This document shows positions 46,869 to 60,609 of a stretch of DNA of 64,000 bases, one piece after another. Location of the stretch: the NCBI GenBank assembly GCA_001179505.1, contig CDMY01000472.1:5742-69741 (forward strand), in the 5' to 3' direction. Source of the DNA: Vitrella brassicaformis CCMP3155 (taxonomy: Eukaryota > Protista > Chromerida). Under the pieces are notes generated by a model. It saw nothing but the letters and a program-made list of their open reading frames with translations. It had not been told where the DNA came from and ran no database searches. The number at the start of each line of letters is the position of its first letter. The first letter of the stretch is position 1. The position numbers and the translations under genes were made by a program.

Positions 46869-48429
46869 TTAGCTGGTCGGCTCCAGGCACTTGCGCTCTT
46901 GACACGCCCTCTCGGCCGGCTCATACTGGCCCAGCTCGAGCGACCGGAAGAGGGCGTCTTTGGCGAACTCATATGCGCCGAACATGAGGAAGCCGCCAAT
47001 GCCGATCCACAGGACGCGCGGCACCACGCCCTTCATGAGATGGAATACGGCCTCCTCCTGGACGATCTTGACCATCGCATCACACACACCCTTGTACTGA
47101 AAGTGACACGCGCACATGCACACACACAGGGTGGTTGTCGAGGGTTGAGATGGCCGGCTGGCTGGGTGGCTGACCGACCTTGATCTTGCCTCCTTGTGTC
47201 GTGATTGACTGTGTCATGATTCTCGTCTTGCACACGTCCAGGGGCGTCGTGGCCGCCCCTGCTATCGCGCCTACAACCACACACACAACAGGCTTTCTGT
47301 GTCTGAGTGTGCGTGTGTGTGTGTGCGTGTGTGCGTGTGTGTGGCGACCTGCCAGCGCCCCGCAGACAGCCGATTGCATTGGCGAGAGCGTGTAGATCTC
47401 ATTCGTGTACGACGGCCGATCCCGCATCTTTGAGATCTCATAGTGATACTTCAGCTTCTCCCTTCAACCACACACCACAGAGACCAAGCGAACCCTTTCC
47501 CATTTGAGTGCACTCGTGTGTGTGTGTGTGTCGCACCGGCCCACCCGCTCGCCCACCCACCAGATTGCGAACTCGAAGGCGTCGAAGGGCACCTCTCTGG
47601 CAAGCTGCGCTCCATACCCCCTGAGCGACGTAGATCCGCGACACGGCGGCGCGTGTTGACAGGGGGCGGTGCACGCTGCACTGCATCTGCTGCTTGACCA
47701 CCGCAAAAGGCACCCAGATAACACACGCGACCACCTGAGCGGCCGATGCCGCCAGGAGATGGACCACAAAAGGCGGCAGCACACCTTACTTGAGGGACAT
47801 ACAGCACAACCAAGGGCAGCGACCAATCCCATTGTGATCAGCACTTTCTTACTGCTTCGTTTGAGAGTGCGTTTGGTCCACTCATAGGTGGCCCAGAAAG
47901 CAGCCGTGCCGGGGAAGCTGCCGAGCAGTGTTGGCGTCAGGCCTGCATCAGCAGCAAATCACGCACCCACCCACTAGTTTCGGCTCCGAGCTACTACCTG
48001 TACAGAGCGTGCGGATCGCCCGGAGGCCGCCCCTCGTCAGAAGACTGCCCTTGGTCACTGTGGTCATCAGCCCGCGGCTGGTCCAATTCACCAAGTGCAA
48101 AATGCTGTGTCGGCAGCCGGGCCTGCCTGAGCGTCTTGTAGTGGTCCAGGGGATACAGCACCTGCCGTGAGAAAATCAACGAATCAATGACAACGCAGAG
48201 ATCACAGCAAAGATCTGTGAGTCGGCCATGCATCTGTCCATCTGTCTATCTTTTCATCTCTCACTGCATCTGCAGCCATGCCGGAGAGGCCGCCAGCTGC
48301 AAGAATCGCTGCACACAGTCACACAGCCACACAGTGCATCGCTGCGAAGGATCACATACTCCACGCCTGCCTTGGACCTTCGCCGCGCTGCGAGCTGTGC
48401 GAGCTTTCGAGCTTGTTTGTTTCTCGCAT
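46869..48429 (-). CDS. SLC25A26: Mitochondrial carrier family protein, S-adenosylmethionine-carrier-like (SLC25A26/PET8 type)
   Basis: Three carrier repeats with Px[DE]xx[KR]-type signatures: AAGGLSGMAADA|VLYPLDHYKT, WVPFAVVKQQMQ and TTPLDVCKTRIM. Also present are GLTPTLLGSFPGTAAFWATYE, AREVPFDAFEFAIW and KGVVPRVLWIGIGGFLMFGAYE. The subfamily is assigned from recalled motif similarity. Confidence 0.85.
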
Positions 48430-48978
48430 TTCCCTTTTTGTAGAGGCGGCTGTGAAGCGACTGACCAGAGCGGATGCTCCCTTTTCAGCCTCTCTTTCGA
48501 TTCGCATGCACAGCTGTCAGTGACTGTTGCGTCGTTGTGGGAGGCTGCTGAAGGAGCTGACACACCCGGCCCGCTCGATTCAGCTACCCCAGTGAGTGAC
48601 CAACTGTTCAGGCACATGAAAGGCTGCATGTGATTGTGTGTTCAGGTCTGCTTTGCCCACGGACGCAATACGGCGGGCGTTTCATTCATTCATTCACTGC
48701 CGGTGAGGCAACGCAGACAGCACCGCACAGTGACCGTCAGTGAGCGTCACACAGACGGCAGTGCCACCCACCGTCGCTCTGATGTGTTTGCCTGTTTGTG
48801 TTCCATTCAGGTACCTTCCTGCCTGCCATTGCGGGGAGCTGAATCATCTGCTCGAGTCAATCGCAGTATCATCCATCGCTGACTCGGTGAGTGATGACCG
48901 ACCCGCCGGCACACACGAGCGGCGGGCCTGAAGTTGTCTGTGCCCTGGTGTGATTTCGTCAGCTAACAGTGAACCGAC

Positions 48979-50860
48979 ATGTCGGAGCAGCTTCGTTTCC
49001 TACCTCTGTGGAATTATCATCTCGGCGACGGTTATGACGACCGTTGGGAGAACACAGGTACGCACGCCAGACAAGCGAGAGGGGGTGCGATGAGACACCC
49101 ACAGACACTCATTTACTCTCTGTGTGCGTCGTGTGGTGGTTGTGTTGTGCTGTGCTGCAGGCGTGGCTATCGTCCCTTTGACGGCCGCTTCGGTTCAGGT
49201 GCCGATGCTGGCTTTGGGCGCCGAAGACATTGAGGCTCGATTCCTCCGGGGCACCAGCGAGGCCACCAAGGACCTGGCAGTGGGCGTCATCGGCCGCACC
49301 CTCACCAGCCCACACGACGCGACCGCACTCATTCGGCAGCATGGAGCCGACCCCAAGATCGCGCCTCGGCTGCGGGAGAAGGGCAGCAGGGAGGAACGCA
49401 GCAACAGTGATGGGTTCGGCTACTCGCTCCTGAGTCTGGCCATCGACAACAAGTCGGACAACACCGTCGGAGCCATCTCAGCAGATGGGGTGCTGACACG
49501 GAGTGTGGCCCTGCCCCAGTGGCCCGACGGGCTGCAGGAAGGCATCCTCACCGCGCTCATCGACGGAGGCGCTGACCCCACCGCACTCAAACCCCTTCAA
49601 GTGGCGATCAGCTTTGCCAACGAGGCGGCCTTCGATCTGCTCATGGCGCGTCACGACCTATCCGGAACTGACCTGCGCGGGTCGTGGTTGATGGGGCTGC
49701 CCAGGCCGCTGTCTCCGATCGCCGCCCACCAACGCCCCCCGCCCACCCACTTTCTGAAGGTGCTCATGTCCATGTATCAGCGACTCATCCAACGAGACCC
49801 CACCCTCGCCACCGCCACCGAACCTTTTCGCGATGACGTACGCGATGGCTTCAACCTCGTGCACAGAGCTGCCGAAGTTGCGAAGGGCCTCTATCCCCAG
49901 TGGTTCATGGACAGCTACCTGGACCTCATCGTGGCGAACGGGGCCGACACGATGGCAGAGACCCCCCGTCTCGGAGAGACGCCGCTGGACTTGGCGGCAG
50001 AAGAGGGCTCTCCAGAGGTGGCCGACTACCTCTGCCGCAAGCTGCCCGCTGACCAGATCGACAGACGGGAGGCCCGCGACACACCCCTCGGCAAGGCTGC
50101 ATCGTGTCTCGATTGGCGCACCCGGACGGTTCAGGACCCCTCCATCCTCGAGTGCATCAAGGAGATTTACGATGCCCCCATTCCCAGATACAAGATGACC
50201 ATCCGTGCGCTGCTGCGGGCGGGGGCCGACATCAACAGCATCCACACCTCCTACGACACGGAGAGAGACCGCTATTGCCGCCAGCTGGTGCTGATCGAGC
50301 ACGCGACAGTGCTCAACGAGCTGCCGGGTGCCGTCATGTCGGCCGTCAACGCTGCACTCTCCCCCCATCGCTCACTTGCGGCCCTCCTGACCCCCCGGCT
50401 GGCCGTCGGCCCCCACGAGGCGCCCATCTTCGGCTGGCGGATCGCATCTTACCTCTTCGACATGGCTGCCGCCCGGGAGGCCATCAGTGAGGCGATCGGT
50501 GTGCGGCACAGCGTCCTGGCCCGACGTGTGCGTGCGGCTGTCGAGCACTTCGTCCGTTCGGCAGTGCTCAGGGCCATCAGCAACAGGGAGGTGGTGGGCC
50601 GCAAGGAGACTGTGGGCGGCGTGGTGGTGCGGGTGCCGCTGCAGTGCTTCGCCATTGCCGATGGGGCCGGCCGTCTGGGGCTGCGTGAGGTGGTGCACAA
50701 GGCGCGGCTGGACGAGGCGGCACTGCATGGTGTGGAGGGCGTGGCCAAGGGCTTCAACGAGCACCTGGGCGATGACGAGTGCCAATTTGCGTGGCGGCAG
50801 CTGGGCTGGCGTGTCGAGGGCAGCAGTGGGGGGGAGCTACTATCGCTGGGGATCACCTGA
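48979..50860 (+). CDS. Ankyrin-repeat protein of a lineage-expanded family
   Basis: Exon 1 (48979-49057) splices in frame to a long exon (49161-50860). It contains ankyrin-like units: YSLLSLAID, LIDGGADP, NLVHRAA, GETPLDLAAEEGSPEVADYL, DTPLGKAA and LLRAGADIN. Confidence 0.8.
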
Positions 50861-52313
50861 CTGAGAGGGGAGAGGGAGTGATGCGTCGGTTGACGCCCGA
50901 CACACAAGAGCGAACACAGTCGATACTGCTGATGGATGAGAAATGACTGTTTTTGGCTGGCTCGTCTCCTTGCTCCCCTTTGCATTGCGTTGCCTGAGGG
51001 GCGAGGGAGGCATTTGGCAAACTCGGTTTTTGTCTGCATCGTGTGATTGAGTGGGCGTGTCGGGTGTCCGTGTGTTGCGGTTTGCTGGCTTGGGTGCAGC
51101 GAGGATGATCTCGGGTGGTGGCATGGCTGCTTTGTGTGCACTTTGTGCTGCTTCCTTAAGCCCGTTGGAACACAACCGCACGTCTGAAGGCCGGCTCATT
51201 GCAAAGGTGTGTGCCTTGCGGACATCTTGCATGCTTGCCCCTCTCTTTGGTGTGTGCACTGACTACTTAGATACGTGACCACGATGACGCTGACGCATCA
51301 ATTGTTCCATCCTGGCCATGGCGTTACATGCATTGTGACTGATCGATCGACAACAAGCATCAAACGATTTCACACGCACTGAGGCCATGAACGGTGGGTC
51401 ACGCGCGAGGCCTGGACTTCTCTACGCAAGCACCCGCTCATACATTCCCATGCACCCACACATAGCCCCACACGCGAAAAGACAGAATCCCAAATGCGTG
51501 CATACAAGAGCTCGTGAGGCAGGCGGTGAGGCGAGGCACGTGAGTGTAGTTCTGTCTGTCTGTCCTGCAGCGTCGCTACGCTAGTTACATTGACAAACAC
51601 ACCTCTTCAGGCAGCACTGTACACCTACGGAGGACAGACAGAACTGACTGAAGTGACAAGCACACAAGGGACTCACTCGTCGGTCAAATGAGCTCGATGA
51701 CCAGTACACGTGCACGGTCGTTCAGCAATGCAGACACATGTGTCCACAACACGTCTATGTGCCCGTACACACATACATCTTTGATACACACAGACATGAG
51801 AAAGCCATAACACGTCATGCCACCGTTCACAGACCCAGGATCACACCCGGATGGGCGGCGACGCGAATCATGCCCCCTCGTTGTGAATCTTGACAGCGAT
51901 TCCCTCAGTCTCTCTGATATGGCCGGTCGTCAAGAGCAGCCACTGAGCCGACAGACGGAGCGCGACTCGCCGGTGCCCTCACCCCCCACCTTCAATGTCG
52001 AAGGCCAACACGTCTTCCATAGGATTGGCAATTTGCCACTGTGACTGATTTGGACTTCTCTCCGCATACGCACAAACGGATGAGTCGATTTGCTTTCTGC
52101 TGAGCCCAGGGCACCGCAGACGTCATTGATTACCCTCTGGAGGCCTCAGAATCAGCAAAGGGCCTCATCTTCCCCGGCGCCATTGGCGAGCTCAGATCGC
52201 TGCCGTCCTCCTCCTCCCGCTGCCTCGTCTGTCCGCGAGATGGCCTCTGTATCGAGACGTCCCCCCTGGGGTTTGCTGCTGTTGGGGCTAGTTTCGTCGT
52301 GACGGTGATTCAG

Positions 52314-54985
52314 ATGAGCGATTTGGACGAGCTATCGTGTGCAGTGGTCCTGCGGAACGTCACCATGGTGCGCTTGCTGCTCAACAAGTACGGCGTAGAC
52401 CCCAATAAGCTTATACGCGGGATGACGGACGGAGTCACGGCTCTTCACGTGGCGGCAGCGCGAGGCAGCCTCGATGTGGCAACGGCGCTGATTGATCGTG
52501 GTGCTAACGTCGACCGGCTGTCAGATCACCGAATATCGCCCTTGTGCGTGGCCGTCATGGTCAGCGACGGCGCCATGGCCGCATTGCTGTTAAGGGCTGG
52601 CGCTGACGCGGAGCTGCCGTGCCTGAATCCCGAGGGAAGCTTAGCTGATTCGAGTAAGGATGGCCTCTACATGAAGACACCGCTCCTGATTGCAGCAAAG
52701 TACGGCAAGCACAAGGCCATCGAGGCGCTATTGGAGCATGGAGCCAACGTGGAAGCTACCGACCCACGAGGCTTCACGGCCCTTCACTTTGCCGCCAGAC
52801 AGAAGGACTTCTTTCACACTCGTCTGCTGAGCACTCGTCGGCATGCAGCGGTCGCCTCGCTCGTTCTCCGTCACGGTTTCCCTATGCTTGACGCGACTCA
52901 ACAGAAGGGCTGGTCTGCCTTCGATCTCGCTTGCCGCGGGGCTCTCTTCACGACCGCCAGACAGATGATCGAGCTCGGCGCGGCCGGCGGCCGTTATGCT
53001 CCCCTGCTCAAGCTACCGGTTGCTGTGTTCAAACGATCTCTCCTCGGGTTGGGTTTCATCAAGCTGTTGGAGACTGGGCATGCTGTTCGGCAGACCGTCG
53101 CTGAGAGGATGCGTCGCGCCATAGTCCGTGGACACGTAGATACGTTTGTGGCCTTCGAGGTGAATGCGACCTGGCCATCAACTATCCTCATGGAGATGCA
53201 CTTGAGCTCGTTCTCGATACAGAAATCCTACCGCTATGGGGTGACAGGAGGAACTTTCAAGCCAGATGTGGAACCTACAGCAAGGGAGGCCACCAACACT
53301 CTCAGGAGTCTGAGTGTCGTAGAAGGCGGCTCGCCTGAAGTGTCGCTCGTCAAGTGGTGGCTGTATATTGCGATCCTGGGCGGTATGTGTGGCTGTGTGG
53401 CCGTCGGGGTGGGGCGTGGGCAGTGCACGGCCGAAGACAGCCGACTCGACGGCTCAGCAGCGGCACGGCAGGCGCCAGATGGGACGGCGAGGGCGATGCG
53501 CGGCCAAGAGAGGCACCGTCCCACCCCAGGCGCACGAGCAGATGTCGGCGAGAGCTATTGTTCAGCTCAAGAGGGACCTACAGGAGGGCACAGATAAGAA
53601 AAACAAGTAGGGCACAGACATCGACACGTCACCCGCAATTGCCATGGCTGTGCGTCCCCTTTGCAGTTTGTCGCATCGCTACGAGGAGCTGTCGGCTTCG
53701 CACCGACATGCTGTGGAACGAAAGAAGGAGCTGCAAGAGGCCATACGAGGCCTCAAGCAGACCGCCATACCAGAGTGAGTGAGTTGGGGCAGCGCCATGT
53801 TGTCGTCTGACAAATGCACTTTCATACCGTGTGTGTGTGCTGCGTTGAGTGCAGGCTGAGCCGTGACGTGTTGCTGTCGTGCGAGAGTGCTGCTGATGCC
53901 CGTGCCTTCGGTGAGAAGGTCCGACAAGAGCATCAGCGGCTCGACCAGCTATACGACGCAGCAAGCGACGCGGCACGAGAGCGAACCACTGCAGTAGTGG
54001 CCAGTGAGAGCCCATCAACAGTAGACACGCCAGCCAGGTGGGGCGGGCAGCCAGGCAGCCCTCGCTGTGGCCGGCTGTCCTTCTGTGTGCGTCTGTATGT
54101 TCTCAATCAGCTCGCCGACATCCTGTCGGTCTCGGGAGCAGTCGGTGTCGCCCGAGCCGCCACCAACAGAGGTCCAGCTGCGGAAGATGCTCCAGGTTCT
54201 CAAGGCCGACACAAAACAGTAAGTGAACGAGGCATGTTGCGGCGGCTCTGTTGCCTAGTGGATGGGTCTGTCACCCACTTTTGGGTCCTTTTGGTCAGGT
54301 TGGAGCTGGGCATTGCGGCGTTGCGGACCAACTGCGACAAGACGACAGCATCCTTGCGGCCTCTCGAGGATGAACACGACGAGCTGCTCCAGGAGGCGAC
54401 CAAAGGGTGCGCATCAATACAACAGACAGACAGACACATGGATGAATGGATGGATGGATGGATGGACGCATGATCACTCGTCTCCCAGGTTGACAAGGGA
54501 GCGTTTGGCTGCCCTCAGCGACCCCAAGGCCGTCCATGACTTCAAGCGGCAGATCAAGGAGAGGCAACAGCAGCTGCTGGCCCTCTACGCCGAGGCCAGC
54601 AAGGCGGAGGAGAGACTTGGGGGTCCTGGTGGCCAAGTCCCCGACCATCGTGTGCTTCCCCTGCAAGCATCAGAGTCTCTGTGCGGCGTGCTACGAAGGG
54701 CTGCTGCGCTCTCATGAGGCGGCCAAGAGAGAGAAGCAGCGGCTCGAGAGAGCCCACAGGCGGCTGCCAGACGACGTACGGCGTGATGCCGTCCTCAGGT
54801 GCCCCTACTGCAGGGCGACAGCTGAGTATGCCAGCGTTGCATCCACATCACGACTTAGATACAGCTGGGGGGAGGAGGGCGGGAGTTGTACAGTCCTGGT
54901 TGTAAGAAAGCTCGACTGCCTGTCTGTTCTTGCCGTTCTTGCTGCCTGCATAACTGCGTCAGCTGCGCAGGGTAGCAGCCATTAG
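52314..54985 (+). CDS. Ankyrin-repeat plus coiled-coil plus C-terminal RING-HC-like protein (putative E3 ligase); frame break before the RING
   Basis: Ankyrin repeats GVTALHVAAARG, ISPLCVAV, KTPLLIAAKYG and GFTALHFAA, then GT-AG coiled-coil exons. PTIVCFPCKHQSLCAAC...CPYC follows in a different frame from about 54610. The 3' end is uncertain. Confidence 0.65.
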
Positions 54986-55587
54986 CTTTCAGTCTGGTGT
55001 ACAGTGTGTGCCGTATGTGGTTTAGGTCCCGGCTGTGTCTGATCTGTGCCGACTGCGGCATATGTGTGTGTGTGTGTGTGATGGACTGACTCGATCAAGA
55101 CAATGTACTGATACGATGCCGACGTGTCCATTTCAAGTTCGTCTGTGCAGCCACCCACGCACAGGCTCAACCAGCCAGCATCCAAAGGCAACCATGTCGG
55201 AGAGAGACATGGGGAGAGAGGGAAGCTATGAGAGATGCAGCGGGATAGTAGCGGGGTGGATGGGTATGGGTGTATATTCAGTGCCTGCCTAAGCGCATCT
55301 AATCCGTCGACATGTCAACATCCATTCACACGCCAGCATCAGGCAGCCCCCCTCCGTCCGTCAATCTGTACAATACCTGGGTAGGTCACTCATCACCATA
55401 CACATCGCAGCCATCCTATGCAGCACATAAGTGTCGTCAGCTGAGAACGGTCCCACTGCCCCTTTGCTCTGAATGATCCACCACACGATGGTCGGCCTGA
55501 CAGGCACCACCACCAACACACACACAGAGGTCAATGAACACGGTCACAGAAGTAGCCCTTCTTGTCGATGAGTGCCGTTTCCTCACC

Positions 55588-57657
55588 TCAGGCATTGCGA
55601 ACTGCAGTCATTGTCACCCATGTGCCCACATAGCCACTGATCCTTCTGACGGTGAAGGAACCGATGTTGGTGCCGACAGGAATGCAGGTCACGAGGGAAT
55701 CGCGCTGCTCAGCTGTCGTCGTCTTGACTCTCAGCTCCACACACTGCAGGCCCCTGATGCGCGGGATCACCGACAAGAGCTGGGTGCGGACGAAGCTGCC
55801 AGCATCCTCCACACCGTCGGGCACTGAAGGGGAGGGAACACACACACACAAAGGCAGCAATGAGGACGGACGGCCACACTACCCCTTGCTCTCGGCGTAC
55901 CTGTCAGATCGAAGTATAGTCTCTTGATCGTCGGCAACTCGTCGGCCGCCCCCACCAGCAGTTGCTCTAGTTGGTCGACACCGATGTCCCCCATCTGCAC
56001 CGTACGCACCTCCCTCGCCGTCCCCAGCGACGCCAAGACGCCCACCTTCTCCTCGGCACCCGACACCCTCTCGATGTCCACCCTTCCCACCTTCTTTGGC
56101 ATTTTGTCGGCCAGCAGCCGGCCAGCTGCACCACCCAATTTGCTCCGGACAGACAGCTCTGAGGCCTCTGGGAACGGCTGCATGTGGGCGATGATGGCGG
56201 GGTGGGGCGATGGGGTGTTGGCGGGGGGATGGAACTCGTAGGCATTCTTGACCTCCACCGATGTGGCCTTGTCGAATGAGAGTGTGGATGCGATGTCGAT
56301 GGCCGCTGGGCTGGGGTCGGTGTGCGGGTCGGTCAGGCCGTCCTCAGTGAAGAAGTATGACACCGATGTGGCCTGCTACGCCAGCTGCCGCAGCATGGTC
56401 TTGAGTGAGGGTGAGGGGCGGATGGGCAGGCCCCTGTCGCTGTCGCTGTGGTACAAGATGGAGAGGTCAAATCCCGCGTCTGGGAGCTCGAAGTTGATGT
56501 GGGCGTTTCCTCGGCAGCACCTGGTGACCAGTCGGTCCAGGGCCAGCAGGACGCGCATGGTGGGGCGGCCGATGAAGAACCTGGGGCAAAACTGCACGTC
56601 CAGCTGCTTGAGCGACCCTCGGCAGCCGCGGGCCATGAGCACTTCCTGAAGGCAACAACACACAAATATGGGACATCATGAGCCACCCACGCTGTACATG
56701 TGTGTGCGTTGTATTCACCTGAAGCCGCTCGATGCCCGTCGGATTGTCACCCCAGACCAGGATGGTGCCAATCCTCTCCAGCTGGGCGAGTGGCCCTCCC
56801 TGCGGCCCAGCAGGCGCCGCAGGGATGCCCTCGAACACACTCGCCCACTCGTCACCGTCAAACATCCACATCCCGTCCACACACCGCAACGAGCGAGACG
56901 AGCCGATGAACTGGCCTAGACTGCCGGCGTCCCAACCCTCCTGCCGCACGACGGCGAGTGACGGCATCAGCCAACGTCGGTCAGCCAGCACCTCATGGTC
57001 GTCGCCCCACAGGCCGGCGATGGTGGTGAGTGCGTGGAGGGTCGGGGGTGGGTCGAGAGGGGCTGGGAGGGGCGGATTTGTCCGGGCGACGCTCTGCCTC
57101 GCTGTGCCGGTCAGCCGAACGCCTCTCTCGATGGCGATGGTCTCCAGGGTCCCTCCGGTGAGGTTGGCTGCTCGTCGGCCGGCGATGTGGCCCTCTATGA
57201 TGGCCACAAAGACGTCGAAACACCAGCGGGGGAAGCCGAATGGGTATCGGAGGACGATGGTTGTCAGCTGTCTGAGATATGTGGCCCATTCCCCGACGAG
57301 GTCGATGGTGGTCCTCTGCCAAAACGACCGCTGGTCTTCGTCAGCCGCGCTGATTGTAAGGTGGTGCTGCTTGCGGACCGCGTGCTGCCATGCGAGTGGC
57401 GGCAGCTGCAGCTGGATGAGCAGATGAATGGGGACGAAGGCCATGACGATGCTATGGAGACCGGGCTACACACAACCACACAGCACACGGGACGGCAAGG
57501 GATGTGGATATCCATCAGTGGATGGCCTCAGTGCATGTGGTTGGCTCACAGGTGCGTTCCCCCAGAAGCGTCTTTCCCTCTCAGCCCGACGCTGCCGCTC
57601 CTCATCGCTCTCACTCGCACCACCACCAGGCTGAGCATCAGAGGAAGAGGCCGCCAT
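55588..57657 (-). pseudogene. Member of a lineage-expanded hypothetical protein family, with a premature TAG at 56376-56378
   Basis: Long coding-like exons (57444-56720, 56650-55900, 55825-55588) lie between GT-AG introns. The frame ...LKTMLRQLA*QATSVSYFFTEDG... resumes immediately after a single TAG. Confidence 0.65.
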
Positions 57658-58574
57658 TGTGGTGGGTGAACCAACCTGTAACCAACAACAAATACATGCA
57701 ACCAAAGGAGGATGCATCAATCAGCGCATTGAATGAGTGGCGCCATCTCACCTGCAGCTGATGCGCCCTCTGTGTCTTCTCGTCGGTCTCAGTTAGCTAC
57801 GCTCCACCTCGGGTGGTCGGCGTGTCTATTGGTCCTTCCTGCATCCCTCACCTGGCCTCGGTCGCCCGCTGAGCACCCTTGCCGAGCCCGGAAGTGTCCC
57901 TCAGTCGGGAAAGATACACCAGCTCTCCGTACCTAGACGATGTCAGCGATGGCCAATGAGCTGTCCTGACGCCCTCCTTCACACGTGGACATCAATTGCG
58001 AGCTCAAATGGAGTTCCGTTCACCCCTTCGTCTCCTTATTTTGCCTGCTCGTTTAACTGAAAGTGTGTGTGGTCTCACTGAGGAGGCACTCGTGGGAAAA
58101 AAGAGCAAAACGAATTTGGCAAAGCAGAGAAAACTGGGAATTCAATCCTCACTCGATCCCGAGAAAGGGGAAAGATTTGGCAGCCCCGAGGGCTTCAGAG
58201 GCCTCAGGGAAGAATATGGGTGACGTCCACGCTGCCCCAAATCGTCCTGCGCCTCTTCTTCTTTTGCGAGCCTCCTCAGTTTGTGTACCTTCCGAGCCGA
58301 CCTGAATGACGGAAGGTAGTACAAGGTACACACACGATCAGAGAGAGTCAGAGAGAGAGGGGGGAAGGAGATGGTCTGAGTTCTCTTTTTCTATGCGGTG
58401 TCTGTTGTGCTATGTGGTGTCTGTTGTGCGAGGCAGCAGGGCATTCGCCACAAAGACGGAGGGATGGAGTCCGCATTGCGACGGCCATCCTTCCTCGTGT
58501 GCACATGACTACAAGCGAGTGCACTATTCGCTTTCTCACTCTGTGCGGTGCGACTGTGTCGGTGTGAGTTCAGG

Positions 58575-59420
58575 CGCCGCTTCCCGTGTGCTCGATGCTC
58601 CATAGCGAGGCGAGGAGAGTGCTACGCCATCCCACGGCCACCGTCACAGATGACCTCTTTATGGCCTCCGTCGACCAACTCTTCGTGCCAGTGAGTAATG
58701 ACTCGGCAGCCTCGAGTGAGTGTGAATGTAAGTGTGTGTGTGTGTGCGCGGCTGTAGGTCAGAAAGGTGAGGGAGGCAGCCTCGGCCGTCGTGAGCCGCC
58801 ATGAAGCAGGCAGGATGTTCGACTCGTTCCGGTCCGCAGGCACGCGGCTTTGCGCATCTGTATACAAACACGTGTGGACACACATATACATACATATGTG
58901 TGTGTACGTATATATGTGTGTGTGTATGTGTACAGGTTTGGGTGTCGGCGGCTCTGCAGAGGGCAGAGAGAGGCGGCTGATTCGATTGTGTCGCGATGGC
59001 CGACCGCGACAGAGAAAATCAAAAGTTCAACTCGTACGTCAGAGGGCCACTCACGAGCGTCATGAAGGGCGCACTCTCCACAGCCGGCGCCTCTACCACT
59101 TTGAGCCGCACCATCCCATCAGCAGCTGACCTGACCGTCAATCGGGCGAGAAGCAGATCGAGACACTCAAGGCCACACTCACTCGCCAGGTGACTGACAG
59201 GCAGACACTCACCACTGAGGCAGTGACTGATTAATGAATCACTGTGAGTGAATCAGGTACTCAGCAGCGTTCAGCGCCAGGCCGTGATCGACATAAAAAA
59301 GATGCTCGACGACGTGCGCACTGCAGCCGCCACCAACCAAGACGCGCTCCGCCACCTGACCCCAGCCGACAAGACGCGCCTGGTGACGCTGATCGACAGC
59401 GCACGACCGTCCATCGAGAC
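58575..59420 (+). pseudogene. Weakly supported, probably decayed helical-protein gene
   Basis: GT-AG-bounded segments (TVTDDLFMASVDQLFVP; EKQIETLKATLTRQ|VLSSVQRQAVIDIKKMLDDVRTAA). There is an internal TGA at 59127-59129. Confidence 0.3.
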
Positions 59421-60609
59421 AAAGTGGGTGCGCACGGCACTGACCTGCCAGAAAGAAAAAATCACTCACCTGCGTGTGTTGAATGCATTGGATGGACCAG
59501 GATGAAGAAGCTGATGCCGCAGGGCCGTCGCTGAGTCAGTGAGTGAATTAGTGAGGCGCACGTTTGTGGCTGTTCGGCCGGCTGCACAGACGTGGGTGTG
59601 CTTGACATGACTGTTTGACTCTTTTTGTATCTCTGTCTTTGCTTCGTCTGATGATATTTCTTTGTCCCTGATACGGCCTGCTCTGCATCACTTGCTGTAA
59701 GTGTGTGAGTGTCTGTCAATCCGTGCTTTCGACAGACACACAAATGGATATCGTGTATATGGGTGTATTGCGTCATGCCAGTAGGCTGACTATCAGGCTC
59801 ACTTTCACTTCAGAGGAAATGAAGCCACAACACGAGGTATACAGCAGAGACGCCGCACTTGTGCGCGCTGTGGGTAAAACCGACAATCCATTCGTATCAA
59901 AGTCGATGGAAGGCGGGCAAGAGCTCAGTCTTCCACGGGAGTTCACAGTACGTGCTGAAGCGAAAGCCACAGCCTGGGCTTCTCGACGGAGGCGCGTCAT
60001 GCACCCACGCGCACATACCATACACTCACTCACACAGCAAGTTGCGCATGCGTATATTGGTGATTGTCTGCTGCCGTCCGAGTGGCGCAAGAAGCTGTCG
60101 ATGGGATGGACGGGTCGAATGCGCAGTTGTGGTGTCCGCCGGAGGCTGGACAAACGCGGCCAGCGACGAAAAACAGCGGCGAAAAGAGCAGTGCTCCTGC
60201 GCAGCAAGAGAAACCTGTGCTTGGTGCTGTGGTCAGCAAGTAGGAGGGGTCGATTCCAAATGAGAAGAGACAGTGTAGGCTCTTGGTGCGCATGTGTGTG
60301 CCTGGGTGGGTGGGTGGCTGAGTGGGCGTGTCGCGGGCCGCTAAGCAAGACCGCGGAATGAGTCAGTAGTCACCCCGGACGGACCGGGTTGACCTTCGTG
60401 TGCTCGTGGTGCGCATGTGTGTCTTGGCGGTCGGGTGTGGTGTGAAGCGGGCGGCACCCAAAACCGCCAAAGCCAGTCAGTGTGGGCTAGACATCCATAC
60501 AGCACATGGTGAGTGGACCAAAAATACAATAAATACGCAGTCGATCAGTCAGTCAGTCAGTCACTCAGGCCTCTTCACGCATCTCACGCACCGCATTGCA
60601 CCCATCGTG

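Noticed and set aside
37965-56378. TAG reassignment or a non-standard genetic code, suggested by three in-frame TAGs (about 37965, 41790, 56376)
   Set aside because: Good genes in the window terminate with TAG (13097, 29468). J1 also has a frameshift, and other disruptions are indels or TGA, so decay or error is more parsimonious.
59705-60361. 218-aa plus-strand ORF
   Set aside because: There are no motifs and no clear splice structure or codon bias.
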